Shown: positions 35,623 to 47,562 of the stretch, one piece after another
How positions within the stretch are numbered: the stretch's first letter is position 1
Layout of the letters: every line of letters begins with the position of its first letter
From: Anaerolineales bacterium
GTDB lineage: Bacteria > Chloroflexota > Anaerolineae > Anaerolineales > UBA4823
Reading direction: 5' to 3'
Length of the DNA stretch: 64,000 bases
NCBI GenBank assembly: GCA_016935755.1
Contig: JAFGQI010000170.1
Coordinates: forward strand, 5,770 to 69,769
Translations under genes and position numbers: made by a program
The notes under the pieces: model-generated
The model's database searches: none
Told to the model about the DNA's origin: nothing
What the model saw: only the letters and a program-made list of their open reading frames with translations

Positions 35623-35846
35623 TTTCCTTACTCCTTTGCGTTAAGCCTCCGTTTCCATCATCCCAAATCGGCACCTGAGTCAGGCACGCCCCATCTGGTC
35701 AGGAAACGTGTGAGATATGTCTTGTGCAAGGCACAAGATCTCCCGCCTGGGGCGGGAGCGGACGCAAGTATATCATATAGCAGCCGGATTCGTCCAGAGT
35801 TTTCCTAAATCTTCAGAAAGAAAGGTTTGTGCGGTAGAATACATCC

Positions 35847-36695
35847 ATGAACGCCGAGGAAGTGCAGAGGAGCTTGATAGGATTGCCATTGGGTCAACTG
35901 CGATATTTTGACCAAATTGACTCAACCAATGTGGAAGCGGCGAACTGGGCTGACGCTGGCGCGCCAAACCTGTCGTTAGTAGTCGCCAACGAGCAACTGT
36001 CTGGGCGCGGCAGAGCAGGGCGTAAATGGTTCACCCCGGCGGAAGCTGCCCTGGCTTTCAGCCTGGTGATCAGAAATCAGCCCCCCACCTGCTTTCCCAC
36101 AACCTACCCCATCGATCAACTCGTATACAGGCTGACCGCCCTGGGCGCAATCGCAGTTTCCCAGGCTTTACTGCTGGATTATGGGCTAACAGCAGAAATC
36201 AAATGGCCTAACGATGTGCTCCTGGGAAGGCGCAAGGTTGCCGGCGTGCTGACCGAAGCCCATTGGATGGCTGGCAGCCTGACCGCGGTCATCCTGGGAA
36301 TAGGAGTAAATATCACCCCCGCGGCGGTGCCGCGCGAGGGCGAATTCCTGTTCCCTGCCACGTGCATCGAAACCAACCTGGGAAGAGCCGTTCAGCGCTA
36401 TGATGTCCTGCGATCCATTCTATCCCAAATCTTATCCTGGTTTGCTCGCTTAGATGCCCCAGAATTCATGGAATGCTGGAACAGCCAGCTGGCCTTCAAA
36501 GGTGAATGGGTATATCTAGTCACAGAAACCGTGGACAGCGAGCAGCAGTGGCGCCCCGGGTTGGTGCTCGGACTGGATGATAGTGGCTGCCTGAGAGTAG
36601 AAGACCAGTCTGGCGTTATCCTGGCGCTGCGTTCGGGGGAAGTGCGCCTGAGACCATTCCCATCCGAGAAAAAGGGCTCAAACCAGGATCAGTGA
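35847..36695 (+). CDS. birA: biotin--[acetyl-CoA-carboxylase] ligase (class I, no HTH)
   Basis: QLSGRGRAGRKWFTP (GRGRxGRxW motif), IKWPNDVL. Confidence 0.8.
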   Translation: MNAEEVQRSLIGLPLGQLRYFDQIDSTNVEAANWADAGAPNLSLVVANEQLSGRGRAGRKWFTPAEAALAFSLVIRNQPPTCFPTTYPIDQLVYRLTALGAIAVSQALLLDYGLTAEIKWPNDVLLGRRKVAGVLTEAHWMAGSLTAVILGIGVNITPAAVPREGEFLFPATCIETNLGRAVQRYDVLRSILSQILSWFARLDAPEFMECWNSQLAFKGEWVYLVTETVDSEQQWRPGLVLGLDDSGCLRVEDQSGVILALRSGEVRLRPFPSEKKGSNQDQ

Positions 36696-36751
36696 TCATA
36701 ACTGACGCTCTGCGCAGCAAGCGCTTCATACCGAAATGAGGAGCAGCGAAT

Positions 36752-36973
36752 ATGTTGGATGATTTCCGTAAACAAGCTGATGATTCGTTCTTTGAGGAGC
36801 CTGAAAGCGAGGAAAACCTTGCGCCGCTGGAACCCGCCCGCCGGCGCGGTTTCTTCATGGGTATGACACCATTCCAGCGCTTTATCATCGCGATGATGCT
36901 CCTGGCAATCACCTGCCTGTTGAGCACCTTCTGCCTGTTGGTCTCTGAAAAAATCGTCTTACCGTTTATGTGA
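36752..36973 (+). CDS. small single-TM protein, hypothetical
   Basis: 73-aa ORF with an acidic N-terminus and one hydrophobic helix. Its 3' end overlaps the gyrA 3' end by 8 nt. Confidence 0.35.
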   Translation: MLDDFRKQADDSFFEEPESEENLAPLEPARRRGFFMGMTPFQRFIIAMMLLAITCLLSTFCLLVSEKIVLPFM

Positions 36974-39452
36974 TCGCTGGCGGCCGGGGGGAAGTTGCTT
37001 CTGCCCGGCGCAAATCTGCATCCGCGACCCGCGCCATGGATGCTACAGCATCATTGCCTTGCAGGTCAATCAACACCACGCCGCGTGTAGTCCGCCCGGT
37101 TTGTGAAACATCCTTAACCCTGGTGCGCAGCACCAGACCACCAGCCGACATGATGGTCAGTTCATCGGGCTCCTGAACTACCCGCGCGGCAGTAATCACC
37201 CCCACTTTCGCCAAAGCCTTCTTATCAATCGTAGCCACGCCCCCGGTTGCTCGCCCTTTGACCGGGTATTCGCCCAGAGGCGTGCGTTTGCCATACCCAT
37301 GCCTGGTGATAATCACCAGATCCGCGCCAGGTTCGATCACCTCCATACTGGCAACGTAATCCCCCTTCTCCAGCCGGATGGCTGTCACACCGCCAGCTGC
37401 ACGCCCCATGGCGCGCACTTCATCTTCAGCATAACGCAGCGCCTGGCCCTGTTCGGTCACCAGGATGACCTCATCGCTGCCATTGGTCAGGCGCGCCCAG
37501 CCCAACTCATCGCCCTCATCCAGGGTGATCGCAATCAGGCCTGCAGGACGCACGGAGGCAAAATCGCTCAGTGCAATGCGCTTGATGCGCCCCTGGCGGG
37601 TCGCCATAATGCAGTAATGCGTTTCGTCGAACAGCGGCACAGCTACAGCTGCAGTGATCGTCTCGCCTGCTTCCAGGGCGAGCACGTTGACCATCGGGAT
37701 GCCGCGCGCCGCCCGGTCTGCATCGGGGATCTGGTAGGCTTTTTCTGAGTAGACTTTGCCGCGATCCGAGAAGAACAGCACAGTGTCCAGCGTGCGCGCC
37801 GGGAAGACGATCAGCACCTCATCCTCTTCCCGGGTGGTGTGCCCGGTGACGCCGCGCCCGCCGCGGCTTTGGGCGCGCAGCGCTTTGGCTGCCATGCGCT
37901 TGACGTAGCCGCGCTGGGTGATGCTGATCAGGACAAACTCATCCGGCACCAGGTCCGCCTCGCTGAGTTCTTCGCGGGCTTCGCGGGCGATGCGGGTGCG
38001 CCGGTCGTCGCCGTATTGGGCAGCCAGTTCGCCCAGATCCATCTGGATGACCGCCAGGATTTTCTTAGGATGCTCCAGCAGATCTTCCAGATAGGCGATA
38101 CGCTCCAATGTCTGGCGCTGTTCATCTTCGATTTTCTGCCTTTCCAGAGCCGCCAGGCGGCGCAGCTGCATATCCAATATCGCCTGTGCCTGGCGCTCGC
38201 TCAGTTTGAAGCGCTCCATCAGGCGCTCCTTGGCGACATCCGCGTCCGGCGACTGGCGGATGGTCTGGATGACCGCGTCCAGGTTCTGCAGGGCAATCAG
38301 CAGCCCAGCCAGGATGTGGGCGCGCTCGCGAGCCTTCTCCAACTCAAAACGCGAGCGGCGGGTGATCACCTCTCGGCGATGTTCAATGAACAGCTGCAGC
38401 GCCCGCTTGAGCGAGAGCAGGCGCGGCTCGCCATCCACCAGCGCCAGCAGCTGCACGCCGAAGGTGGACTGCAGCGGGGTGTACTTATACAGCTGGTTGA
38501 GCACCTTCTTGGGCTGCGCCCCGCGCTTTAGCTCGATCACAATGCTCATCCCACGCCGGTCGGATTCATCGCGCAGATCAGAGATATCATCCAGCTTCCC
38601 ATCCCGGGCCAGCTCGGCAATGCGCTCGATCAGGCTGGACTTGTTGAGCTGGTAGGGGATTTCGGTGATGACGATGCGGTGGCGGCTGCTGCCCATCTCC
38701 TCGATATGCGCCAGGCCGCGCAGCACGATCCGCCCGCGCCCGGTGCTGTAGGCCTGCAGGATGCCCTCATCCCCGACGATGATCCCACCGGTGGGGAAAT
38801 CCGGCCCCGGCAGCAGCTTCATCAGCTCATCCACGGTCACATCTTCGCTGCGCTCATCCTGATCGATCAGGTAGCTGATGGCGGCGATCAGCTCGCGCAG
38901 GTTGTGGGGCGGGATATTGGTTGCCATGCCCACCGCAATGCCGGAGGAGCCGTTCAGCAGCAGGTTAGGCAGCCGGGCTGGCAGCACCAGCGGTTCTTTC
39001 AGCGAGCTGTCGAAGTTATCGCCAAAATCGACCGTGTCCTTGTCGATATCCAGCAGCATCTCATCCGCCATCTTGGCCAGACGGGCCTCAGTGTAGCGCA
39101 TGGCGGCGGGGGCGTCGCCATCCACCGAGCCGAAGTTGCCCTGCCCATCCACCAGCAGGTAGCGCATGGAGAAATCCTGCGCCATGCGCGCCATGGTATC
39201 GTAGACGGCCGCGTCGCCGTGGGGATGGTACTTGCCCAGCACCTCGCCCACGATGCGGGCGGACTTCTTATAGGCGCTGTTCGAGCGAATGCCCATATCA
39301 TGCATGGCGTACAGGATGCGCCGATGGGCGGGCTTGAGGCCATCGCGCCCGTCCGGCAGGGCGCGCGCCACAATCACGCTCATGGCATAGTCCAGATACG
39401 CGGCGCGCATCTGCTCATCAATATCAACCTGCTGCACAGAACCAATTTCCAT
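36966..39452 (-). CDS. gyrA: DNA gyrase subunit A
   Basis: [53 protein letters not shown] at 39452 (AGAAGG RBS) is preferred over the track start at 39506. Confidence 0.95.
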   Translation of the reverse strand: MEIGSVQQVDIDEQMRAAYLDYAMSVIVARALPDGRDGLKPAHRRILYAMHDMGIRSNSAYKKSARIVGEVLGKYHPHGDAAVYDTMARMAQDFSMRYLLVDGQGNFGSVDGDAPAAMRYTEARLAKMADEMLLDIDKDTVDFGDNFDSSLKEPLVLPARLPNLLLNGSSGIAVGMATNIPPHNLRELIAAISYLIDQDERSEDVTVDELMKLLPGPDFPTGGIIVGDEGILQAYSTGRGRIVLRGLAHIEEMGSSRHRIVITEIPYQLNKSSLIERIAELARDGKLDDISDLRDESDRRGMSIVIELKRGAQPKKVLNQLYKYTPLQSTFGVQLLALVDGEPRLLSLKRALQLFIEHRREVITRRSRFELEKARERAHILAGLLIALQNLDAVIQTIRQSPDADVAKERLMERFKLSERQAQAILDMQLRRLAALERQKIEDEQRQTLERIAYLEDLLEHPKKILAVIQMDLGELAAQYGDDRRTRIAREAREELSEADLVPDEFVLISITQRGYVKRMAAKALRAQSRGGRGVTGHTTREEDEVLIVFPARTLDTVLFFSDRGKVYSEKAYQIPDADRAARGIPMVNVLALEAGETITAAVAVPLFDETHYCIMATRQGRIKRIALSDFASVRPAGLIAITLDEGDELGWARLTNGSDEVILVTEQGQALRYAEDEVRAMGRAAGGVTAIRLEKGDYVASMEVIEPGADLVIITRHGYGKRTPLGEYPVKGRATGGVATIDKKALAKVGVITAARVVQEPDELTIMSAGGLVLRTRVKDVSQTGRTTRGVVLIDLQGNDAVASMARVADADLRRAEATSPRPPAIT

Positions 39453-39813
39453 AGACTGCCTTCTTGTGTGCTGGATTTCCTGTCGAGGTGCTCTCGCCTG
39501 GAGCACGGCGAATAATTATACCCCAACGACATATTCTCTTCCTGGGTTATTCAACACTCCAGTTGGTTTTGTTGTCACAAGTTTATTGCTATCGTCTATC
39601 CAGAAGCCCAAATATTCTCACGGAATTCTCAGCCAATACTTGCAAAATTCTGATGCAGAGGTGAGCTTTTTCGAGGTAGAATCAATGTTCGTGATAAATT
39701 GGTATAGTTTATCTGTCCAATAATTCGACAAGTCTTATATAACACAGGCGAGAGCTGTTGCTTGAACAGCCCGCTTGTAGGTTCGCTGATTGTAAAAACA
39801 GAAAGAGGCTGAG

Positions 39814-41196
39814 ATGAAAAAGATCGTCTATATTTTATTCGCGCTTGTCGCCCTTGGCGGGGCTGCCGCAGGCGTGTGGTTCTGGCAGACGCAACAAGCT
39901 GAAGCCGCCCTATCCGACTATGAGTTAGTGGCTGTCTCGCGTGGCAACCTGACTGCATCCATCGGCGCCACGGGAGTGGTGCATTCCAATCAAGTTGCCA
40001 TCTTGAAATGGCAAACCTCCGGGACGGTTGACACGGTTAACGTTGAGGTTGGCGATATGGTCAGGACAGATCAGGCGTTGGCCTCCCTGGTTCAGACCAC
40101 CCTGCCGCAGAACGTGATCCTGGCGCAGGTTGATCTTAATAACGCCCAGAAGGCGCTGAATGATCTCAAGAACTCCCAGGTTGCCCAGGCGCAGGCGCTC
40201 CAGGCAGTCGAAGAAGCCAGAAAAGCCGTCATCGAGGCCGAGCGGATAGCGGATACATACGAAGAAGACAAGTACCAGGATAAGCTGGAAGACGCCGAGG
40301 ATGATGTAGTTGATCTGAAAGAGGACCTGGATGAGGCGATTGAAGACTTTGAGCCTTATCAAGACCTGGATCCAGAGAATTCTACTCGCAAAAACCGCAA
40401 AGAAGACCTGGACGAGGCCCAGCGCGACTATGATGAGGCCGTTCGCAAACGCGACCTGCTGATTCTAGAAAAAGAGATGGCGCTCTCAAAGGTGGAGACA
40501 GCCAAAGCCAAACTGGCAGATGCCCAGCGCGAGTATGACCGCCTGAAAAATGGCCCCGATCCCCAGGATATCGCCAATCTTGAAGCCCGCATCGCGGCCG
40601 CACAGGCCACATTGAACCTGGCGCGCATTGTGGCCCCCTTTGACGGCACGATCACCGATATTCAGATCGTACCAGGGGATCAAGTCGCCTCGGGCGCGGT
40701 TGCCTTTCAAATTGATGATCTGTCCCGCCTGCTGGTTGACGTGAAAGTCTCAGAAGTGGATATCAACCGCATCCAGCTGGATCAGGAAGCTATTCTGACC
40801 TTCGACGCCATCCAGGGACAGGAATACAACGGCCTGGTCATCGACATTGACCGCGTCGGAGTCTCCACCCAGGGTGTGGTAGATTTCATAGTGACGGTCG
40901 AGCTAACCAATGCGGATGAAAACGTGAAACCCGGCATGACCGCTGCGGTGAACATCCTGGTGGATCAAGTCGAGAATGTAATCCAGGTGCCCAACCGGGC
41001 GGTAAGGATCAAAGACGGTAAACGTGTGGTGTATGTGCTGCGCGACAACCAGCTCACCCTGGTAGAAATCAAGCTGGGCGCATCATCCGAGCAGTACAGC
41101 CAAGTGTTGGATGGCGCTCTGCAAGCTGGAGAGCAGATTGTGCTCAACCCACCCCAGGAGTTCGAGACGAATGGGCCTCCACCCTTCGTCAGATAG
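39814..41196 (+). CDS. efflux periplasmic adaptor (HlyD/MacA family)
   Basis: N-terminal TM, a long coiled-coil, and lipoyl/beta-barrel motifs ([20 protein letters not shown]). Confidence 0.85.
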   Translation: MKKIVYILFALVALGGAAAGVWFWQTQQAEAALSDYELVAVSRGNLTASIGATGVVHSNQVAILKWQTSGTVDTVNVEVGDMVRTDQALASLVQTTLPQNVILAQVDLNNAQKALNDLKNSQVAQAQALQAVEEARKAVIEAERIADTYEEDKYQDKLEDAEDDVVDLKEDLDEAIEDFEPYQDLDPENSTRKNRKEDLDEAQRDYDEAVRKRDLLILEKEMALSKVETAKAKLADAQREYDRLKNGPDPQDIANLEARIAAAQATLNLARIVAPFDGTITDIQIVPGDQVASGAVAFQIDDLSRLLVDVKVSEVDINRIQLDQEAILTFDAIQGQEYNGLVIDIDRVGVSTQGVVDFIVTVELTNADENVKPGMTAAVNILVDQVENVIQVPNRAVRIKDGKRVVYVLRDNQLTLVEIKLGASSEQYSQVLDGALQAGEQIVLNPPQEFETNGPPPFVR

Positions 41197-41204
41197 AGGC
41201 AGCC

Positions 41205-41882
41205 ATGACTGAATGGGTAATTCAGGCCGAAAACCTGATCAAGACATACCAGATGGGTGAAGTACAGGTTCACGCACTGCGCGGCCTTTCCACCCAGATT
41301 GCGCGAGGCGAAATCGTATCCATTATGGGGCCTTCCGGATCCGGCAAATCCACTTTGATGAACATCATTGGCTGCCTGGATCGTCCCACTTCTGGCGAAT
41401 ATGTTCTGGATGGCGAACAAGTATCAAATATGAAGGATGACCAGCTGGCCTCCATCCGCAACCGCAAAGTGGGCTTCGTCTTCCAGAGCTTCAATCTGCT
41501 TCCCCGCGCCACCGCGCTCGCCAATGTTGAACTGCCCATGCGCTATGCCGCCATCACCAGCGGGCGGAAAGACCGGGCGCGCTCAGCTCTGGAGGCTGTC
41601 GGGCTGGGCGACCGGATTTACCATCGTCCCAACGAACTTTCTGGTGGGCAGCAGCAGCGTGTAGCAATTGCTCGCGCCCTGGTCAATGACCCGGCAATAA
41701 TCCTGGCTGACGAGCCTACCGGCAATCTGGACAGCCAGTCTGGGACAGAGATTATGAATCTGCTGCTCTCACTGAATCGGGAGCGCGGCACAACCCTGGT
41801 GATCGTCACCCACGACCCGGATGTGGCCGCCCAATCCCAAAGGATCATCCACATCCGCGATGGCGTTGTGGTGGAGGAGTAA
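41205..41882 (+). CDS. ABC transporter ATP-binding protein (MacB/LolD type)
   Basis: [38 protein letters not shown]. Confidence 0.9.
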   Translation: MTEWVIQAENLIKTYQMGEVQVHALRGLSTQIARGEIVSIMGPSGSGKSTLMNIIGCLDRPTSGEYVLDGEQVSNMKDDQLASIRNRKVGFVFQSFNLLPRATALANVELPMRYAAITSGRKDRARSALEAVGLGDRIYHRPNELSGGQQQRVAIARALVNDPAIILADEPTGNLDSQSGTEIMNLLLSLNRERGTTLVIVTHDPDVAAQSQRIIHIRDGVVVEE

Positions 41883-41884
41883 AA

Positions 41885-43111
41885 ATGAAACTATTACAAT
41901 CGGTTATCGAGGCTCTGGAGAGCTTATCGTCCAACAAAATGCGCTCTGGCCTTACGATCATCGGGATCGTGATCGGCGTCGCCGCCGTGATCGCCATCGT
42001 CTCGATCGGGCGGGGAGCAGAAAATTCGATCACCGGATCCATCCAGGGTATCGGCACGAATTTGCTGTTTGTTTTTCGCGGCGGCTCTGATGAGGTGCGT
42101 AACCCTAAACCACTGACCCTGAGCGACGCAGAAGCCATGGCTGACCCTCTCCAGGCGCCATCCGTGGGAGGCGTCGCCCCCATGCTGCGCGGAGATGGCA
42201 AGGTATCCGCCGGCGGCGAGAGCACGAACACCAGCATCGAGGGTGTCACTCCCGAATATGCACCGGTGCGCAATACGGAAGTCAGCGAGGGCGAGTTTAT
42301 CAGCCAGGAACACATGCTCGGGCAGGCCTCGGTGGTCTTGCTGGGCAGTGAAGTGGCTGACCAGCTGTTCGGGCGCACAACGGGCCTGGTGGGAGAGACC
42401 GTGCGGATCGAAGGGCGTCCTTTTCGGGTCATCGGCGTGCTTCAATCGCGTGGCGGCTCTGGCTTCTCGAATGAAGATGATCGCGTCCTGGTGCCGCTAA
42501 CTACTGCCCAAACGCGTCTGATCCGACGCTCCCCGGCCAATCGCGTCGATCTGGTAATGGTTCAGGCAGCCAGCGCAGAATTAGTGCCGCAGGCCGGGGA
42601 GGAAATCTCCCAGATCCTGCGCACACGCCACCGCACTGCCATTGGAGCAGACGACTTTACCATCCTGACTCAACAGAACTTTCTGGATACAGCCAAGACA
42701 ATTACCAGTGTTCTAACCATCTTCCTGGGAGGCATTGCTGCCATCTCACTGCTGGTAGGCGGGATCGGCATCATGAACATCATGTTGGTCTCCGTCACCG
42801 AACGCACACGCGAGATTGGCCTGCGCAAAGCCCTGGGAGCGCGCAAGATTGATATCCTGGTTCAATTCCTGGCAGAATCTTCTTTGCTGAGCTTGATCGG
42901 GGGTTTAATCGGGATTGGTCTCGGCGCAGCAATTTCATTAGTTGTTAGGGAAATTGCCGCGGCTCAAAACACCCCCATTGTCCCATCCATTGGCATGGAT
43001 GTGGTTTTGCTGGCGACCGTTTTTTCAACCGCTGTGGGCCTGTTCTTTGGCCTATATCCTGCCAACCGTGCCGCCAGCCTGGAACCTGTCGAAGCTTTAA
43101 GATACGAATAA
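41885..43111 (+). CDS. ABC transporter permease (MacB/FtsX-like)
   Basis: MacB_PCD-type periplasmic domain between TM1 and TM2. C-terminal FtsX fold (GIMNIMLVSVTERTREIGLRKALGA). Confidence 0.9.
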   Translation: MKLLQSVIEALESLSSNKMRSGLTIIGIVIGVAAVIAIVSIGRGAENSITGSIQGIGTNLLFVFRGGSDEVRNPKPLTLSDAEAMADPLQAPSVGGVAPMLRGDGKVSAGGESTNTSIEGVTPEYAPVRNTEVSEGEFISQEHMLGQASVVLLGSEVADQLFGRTTGLVGETVRIEGRPFRVIGVLQSRGGSGFSNEDDRVLVPLTTAQTRLIRRSPANRVDLVMVQAASAELVPQAGEEISQILRTRHRTAIGADDFTILTQQNFLDTAKTITSVLTIFLGGIAAISLLVGGIGIMNIMLVSVTERTREIGLRKALGARKIDILVQFLAESSLLSLIGGLIGIGLGAAISLVVREIAAAQNTPIVPSIGMDVVLLATVFSTAVGLFFGLYPANRAASLEPVEALRYE

Positions 43112-43133
43112 CACGCAGTTTAGTGGCTTTACT

Positions 43134-43173
43134 ATCCACCAGGGATCCAAATGCCCTGGTGGATATTCTTTAT
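43134..43173 (+). terminator. intrinsic terminator after the efflux operon
   Basis: ATCCACCAGGG, a 9-nt loop, CCCTGGTGGAT, then ATTCTTTAT. Confidence 0.6.
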
Positions 43174-43250
43174 GAGGAATTCCGCCAACTTCTGACTTTT
43201 CCGCTATAATTAGGCAGGCACAACAATAGGGTCCTAAATGCAGGGGTCTT

Positions 43251-45893
43251 GTGAGTAATGAACTTATCCTCGTAGTGGATGACAACCAGGAATTGGCAGA
43301 TTTTGTCGCGGGACAACTCCTGCCCAGCCTGAACTATTCCGCTCGCGTGGTCTATTCTGCCCAGGCAGGGCTTCAGGCCGTGCGCGCCTCGCCGCCTGAT
43401 CTGATGCTATTGGATCTGGAAATGCCGGATATGAGTGGGTTAGATTTGCTGCGTATTCTAGCCAAAGAAGAGCGCAGCGTCCCAACGATCCTGGTCACTG
43501 CTCATGGCTCAGAGCAAGTAGCGACGGATGCATTCCGCCTTGGCGTTCAAGATTACCTGACCAAACCCGTAGATGCCGAACAGCTCGACCAGGCAATCAC
43601 GAAGGCTCTATCAGAGACCCGCCTGAGGGATGAAAAGGACCGGCTGACGATCCAACTGCAAGAACAGGTGAATTGGCAGAACATCCTGGTAAGGATTGGC
43701 CAAAGCATCACCTCGACATTGGACCCAAGCCAGGTGCTGCGCCGTATTGTCGAGGCGGGTGTACAGCTTACCCACGCTGAAGAAGGCTTCCTGGCGCTGC
43801 TGGATCCGAATTCCGGCCAACTGCTGACGCGGGCGGTAAAAAACATCGATGCAGACACCACCCGCACCATGCGCTTGCCTGTACAAGACTCGCTGGTGGG
43901 TGAAGTCTTTAAAACCAAGCAGCCCTTGCGTGTTGACAGCCAGGCAGCCGGCTCGACGGTTAAAGTCGTCACCGGGTTTCTGGTTAACAGTCTTTTGTAT
44001 GTGCCCATCCTGGCCAAGGGCCAACCGCTAGGCGTGCTCTCTGTGATCAACCGGCACAACCAACGCGCCTTCGACGCGCGGGACGAAAGGATGCTGGTTT
44101 CGTTGGCCGATTACGCCTCCGTTGCTCTGGAAAACGCCCGGCTGTACCAAAATGCCCAGCATGAACTCCAGGAACGCCGCCGTGTGGAGCAGGCCCTGCG
44201 CGAAAGCGAAGATCGCTATGCCCGCGCCCTCCAGGGGGCAAATGACGGCATCTGGGATTGGAACCTGAAAACCAATCGAGTCTTTTTCTCATCCCGTTGG
44301 AAAGAGATGCTGGGCTACGATGAAAGCGAGATCAGCGATGATCCCAAAGAATGGCTGGAGCGAGTTCACCCAACAGATGTAGAAAAGGTCAAGCTGGATA
44401 TCTCCAGGCATATTCGCGGGGTGACAGAACACTTCGAGAACGAACATCGCATCCAGCACAAAGATGGAAGCTACCGCTGGGTGCTCTGCCGTGGTCTGGC
44501 TGTCAGAGATCAAAATGATGTGGTCAGCCGGATGGCTGGCTCTCAAACCGACATTACTTCCCGCAAGGTGGCGGAAGCTCGCCTGGTACACGATGCTTTT
44601 TATGATCGACTGACAGGCCTGCCGAACCGATCGCTTTTCATGGATCGTTTGCGTAATGCGATTGAACGGGCCAGAAGACGCAAAGATTTTCTTTACGCTG
44701 TGCTGTTCCTGGACCTGGATCAATTTAAGAACGTGAATGACAGCCTCGGGCATCCAGTAGGCGACCAACTGCTGGTTGCCATAGCCAATATTCTGCGGGG
44801 CAACCTGCGCGCCACCGACACTGTGGCGCGGTTGGGTGGTGATGAATTTGTAATCCTGTTGGAGGATATCCGCGATCATGCTGCAGCCAGCGAAATCGCC
44901 GAATGGGTACTGCGGCAATTTACATCCTCCATCCGCCTCCCCGAGCACCAGGTCTATATCACCACCAGTATCGGGATCGTACTTGGCCATCAGACATACA
45001 GCCACCCCGAGGATGTCTTACGGGACGCCGACATCGCCATGTACGAAGCAAAAATGCAAGGCAAAGCTACTTATGCTGTGTTTACTACCAGCATGCGCGA
45101 GCGCATCCTGAAGCGGGTCGAGATCGAAGCCGATTTGCGCCTGGCGATCGACCTTGAACAGTTGCGCATTCATTATCAGCCTATCTTCGATCTGAAGACG
45201 GAAAAACTCTGGGGTTTCGAAGCCTTGATCCGCTGGCAGCATCCCCGGCAGGGGCTGATCGCTCCCAAAGAATTTATCTCTGTAGCTTACGAAACCGGTT
45301 TGATCAACTCTATGGATCGCTGGGTGCTTAGAGAGGTTTGCCAGCAGGCGCGAAGATGGCAAAGTCAATATCCCCAAGACCCGCCCTTAAAAGTAAACGT
45401 TAATATCACCAGTAAGCTCATTGCTCAGCCCGATCTGCTCGCCACCATCCAGGGAATTCTGGCAGAGACGGGGCTGGCGGAACACACCCTGGGGCTCGAA
45501 ATCACCGAACAAACTGTAATCGAATATAACGAAACCATCTCTGAAGTCATCAACACCTTGAAGGGCATGGGGGTCGAAATTCACATTGACGACTTCGGGA
45601 CCGGCTATTCATCCTTGATTTACCTGCGGCAGTTCCCAATCAACGCCCTGAAAATTGACCGCTCGTTTGTCCAACAAATTGAGGAGCAGACCCCTCAAAC
45701 CGAAATCATCAAGACGATTATCCGCCTGGCGCATGACCTGGGCATGCGCGCCTGTGCAGAAGGAATCGAGACTCCGAATCAACTCTTCCAGCTCAAGGAA
45801 CTGGGCTGCGACTACGGACAGGGGTATCTCTTTGCCAAAGCCCTCAGCCTTGAAGAAACCAGCGCCTTTCTTGAAACGACGCTAAATGCTTAG
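43251..45893 (+). CDS. response-regulator receiver / GAF / PAS / GGDEF / EAL protein
   Basis: REC domain (LVVDDN..DLMLLDLEMPDMSG). GGDEF domain (RLGGDEFVILL). EAL domain (EALIRW..DDFGTGYSSL). Confidence 0.9.
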   Translation: MSNELILVVDDNQELADFVAGQLLPSLNYSARVVYSAQAGLQAVRASPPDLMLLDLEMPDMSGLDLLRILAKEERSVPTILVTAHGSEQVATDAFRLGVQDYLTKPVDAEQLDQAITKALSETRLRDEKDRLTIQLQEQVNWQNILVRIGQSITSTLDPSQVLRRIVEAGVQLTHAEEGFLALLDPNSGQLLTRAVKNIDADTTRTMRLPVQDSLVGEVFKTKQPLRVDSQAAGSTVKVVTGFLVNSLLYVPILAKGQPLGVLSVINRHNQRAFDARDERMLVSLADYASVALENARLYQNAQHELQERRRVEQALRESEDRYARALQGANDGIWDWNLKTNRVFFSSRWKEMLGYDESEISDDPKEWLERVHPTDVEKVKLDISRHIRGVTEHFENEHRIQHKDGSYRWVLCRGLAVRDQNDVVSRMAGSQTDITSRKVAEARLVHDAFYDRLTGLPNRSLFMDRLRNAIERARRRKDFLYAVLFLDLDQFKNVNDSLGHPVGDQLLVAIANILRGNLRATDTVARLGGDEFVILLEDIRDHAAASEIAEWVLRQFTSSIRLPEHQVYITTSIGIVLGHQTYSHPEDVLRDADIAMYEAKMQGKATYAVFTTSMRERILKRVEIEADLRLAIDLEQLRIHYQPIFDLKTEKLWGFEALIRWQHPRQGLIAPKEFISVAYETGLINSMDRWVLREVCQQARRWQSQYPQDPPLKVNVNITSKLIAQPDLLATIQGILAETGLAEHTLGLEITEQTVIEYNETISEVINTLKGMGVEIHIDDFGTGYSSLIYLRQFPINALKIDRSFVQQIEEQTPQTEIIKTIIRLAHDLGMRACAEGIETPNQLFQLKELGCDYGQGYLFAKALSLEETSAFLETTLNA

Positions 45894-46031
45894 CCGCGCC
45901 CCCGCCATTCATCATCATACATTGATAAGGCCGTGACTGGTAAGGAATACTTGACTTAAGGTAAAATCATGGGGAACGAACATTTGGCTTGTTCTCAGAA
46001 TACATAACATTGCCTCAGTGGAGAAAATTTC

Positions 46032-47534
46032 ATGCAATCCAAACTCACTCAGTTAAAGACCCTGCTCAACGAGATTCACGATATCAACTCTTCAGCTGCC
46101 CTGCTTGCCTGGGACCAACAAACCTATATGCCTGAAGGCGGCACCGAGGGACGCTCTTATCAACTCAGCACCCTGGAAACGCTTGCGCACCTAAAATTTA
46201 CATCAGCAGAGGTGGGGAACCTGCTAGAAGAATTGCTGCCTTATGCAGACCAGATTGATCCGGATTCGGACGATGCCCGGTTGATCAAGGTTACCCACCG
46301 CCACTTCCAAAAAAGCACCCGTGTACCGACTGAACTGGTGGCTGAGTTTGCCCAGACTTCTGCCAGGGCGCATCCGGTCTGGCAGCAAGCCCGGGCCGAG
46401 AATAATTTTGCCCTGTTTCAGCCAGTGTTGGAAAGAATTTTCGAGCTGCGCCGCCGTTACGCGGCCTTATTTGCCCCCTATGACCATATCTACGACCCGC
46501 TGTTGGACGATTACGAGCCCGGCCTGAAAACAGCCGATGTACAGGCAATCTTCCAGGCTTTGCGCCCACAGCAGGTAGCCCTGATCCAGGCAATCTCCAG
46601 GCAAACTCCGCCTGAGGATGCCTTCATACATCAGCATTATGATGAACAAAAACAATGGGATTTCGGGGTGGATGTGATCACCCGCTTTGGTTATGATTGG
46701 ACTCGCGGGCGACAGGACCGCGCCCCTCATCCTTTCACCCAGGGCTTTGGCATCGATGATGTGCGGATCACCACCCGCTTTCCAGAAAACAACGGGGTCT
46801 CGGGTCTGTTCAGCACGATGCACGAGGCCGGCCATGCGCTCTATGAACTCGGCGTCGATCACGCCCTGGCGCGCCTTCCCCTGGCACACGGCGCCTCCCT
46901 GGCGCTGCACGAGTCGCAATCACGCATGTGGGAAAACCTGGTTGGTCGCTCTCTGCCTTTCTGGGAATATTTCTACCCGCGCATGCAGACTTATTTCCCT
47001 GCCCAACTCGGCAAGATCAATCTGGATCAGTTCTATAAGGCGATCAACCTGGTAAAGCCCACTTTTATCCGCGTAGAAGCGGATGAGGCGACCTACAACC
47101 TGCACATCATGCTGCGTTTGGAGATCGAGATCGCCCTGATCGAGGGCAGCCTGGAAGTACGTGACCTGCCCGAAGCCTGGAACATGCGCATGAAAGACTA
47201 TCTGGGGGTCACCCCACCGACGGATACGTTGGGCGTCTTACAAGATGTGCACTGGTCAATGGGCCTGATCGGCTACTTCTCAACCTATGCCCTGGGCAAC
47301 CTAATTTCGGCGCAGTTATGGGAGAGCATTCATCGAGACATCCCCGACCTGGAAGACCAGATTCGCACAGCGGAGTTCTCCAGCCTGCTGGGCTGGCTGC
47401 GTGAAAATCTGCACCGTCACGGCGCAAAATTCGAACCCCAAGAAATGGTACAGCGGATCACCGCATCCAAGATTGATCCACAGCCTTATATGCGCTACCT
47501 GCAGACCAAGTACGGTGCAATATATGGCCTATGA
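46032..47534 (+). CDS. M32-family carboxypeptidase (Taq type)
   Basis: HEAGHALYE zinc motif, HESQSRMWEN, and IRVEADEATYNLHI. Confidence 0.9.
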   Translation: MQSKLTQLKTLLNEIHDINSSAALLAWDQQTYMPEGGTEGRSYQLSTLETLAHLKFTSAEVGNLLEELLPYADQIDPDSDDARLIKVTHRHFQKSTRVPTELVAEFAQTSARAHPVWQQARAENNFALFQPVLERIFELRRRYAALFAPYDHIYDPLLDDYEPGLKTADVQAIFQALRPQQVALIQAISRQTPPEDAFIHQHYDEQKQWDFGVDVITRFGYDWTRGRQDRAPHPFTQGFGIDDVRITTRFPENNGVSGLFSTMHEAGHALYELGVDHALARLPLAHGASLALHESQSRMWENLVGRSLPFWEYFYPRMQTYFPAQLGKINLDQFYKAINLVKPTFIRVEADEATYNLHIMLRLEIEIALIEGSLEVRDLPEAWNMRMKDYLGVTPPTDTLGVLQDVHWSMGLIGYFSTYALGNLISAQLWESIHRDIPDLEDQIRTAEFSSLLGWLRENLHRHGAKFEPQEMVQRITASKIDPQPYMRYLQTKYGAIYGL

Positions 47535-47562
47535 TTTCCCACTCCCAGGGTAAGGGCCAGGC

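Noticed and set aside
39685-39723. A 12-codon ORF (MFVINWYSLSVQ) with GAGGT 7 nt upstream, in the AT-rich region before the MacA-like gene, as a leader peptide.
   Set aside because: No associated terminator or antiterminator structure or promoter could be identified. The ORF is short, sits in an AT-rich spacer, and could arise by chance.
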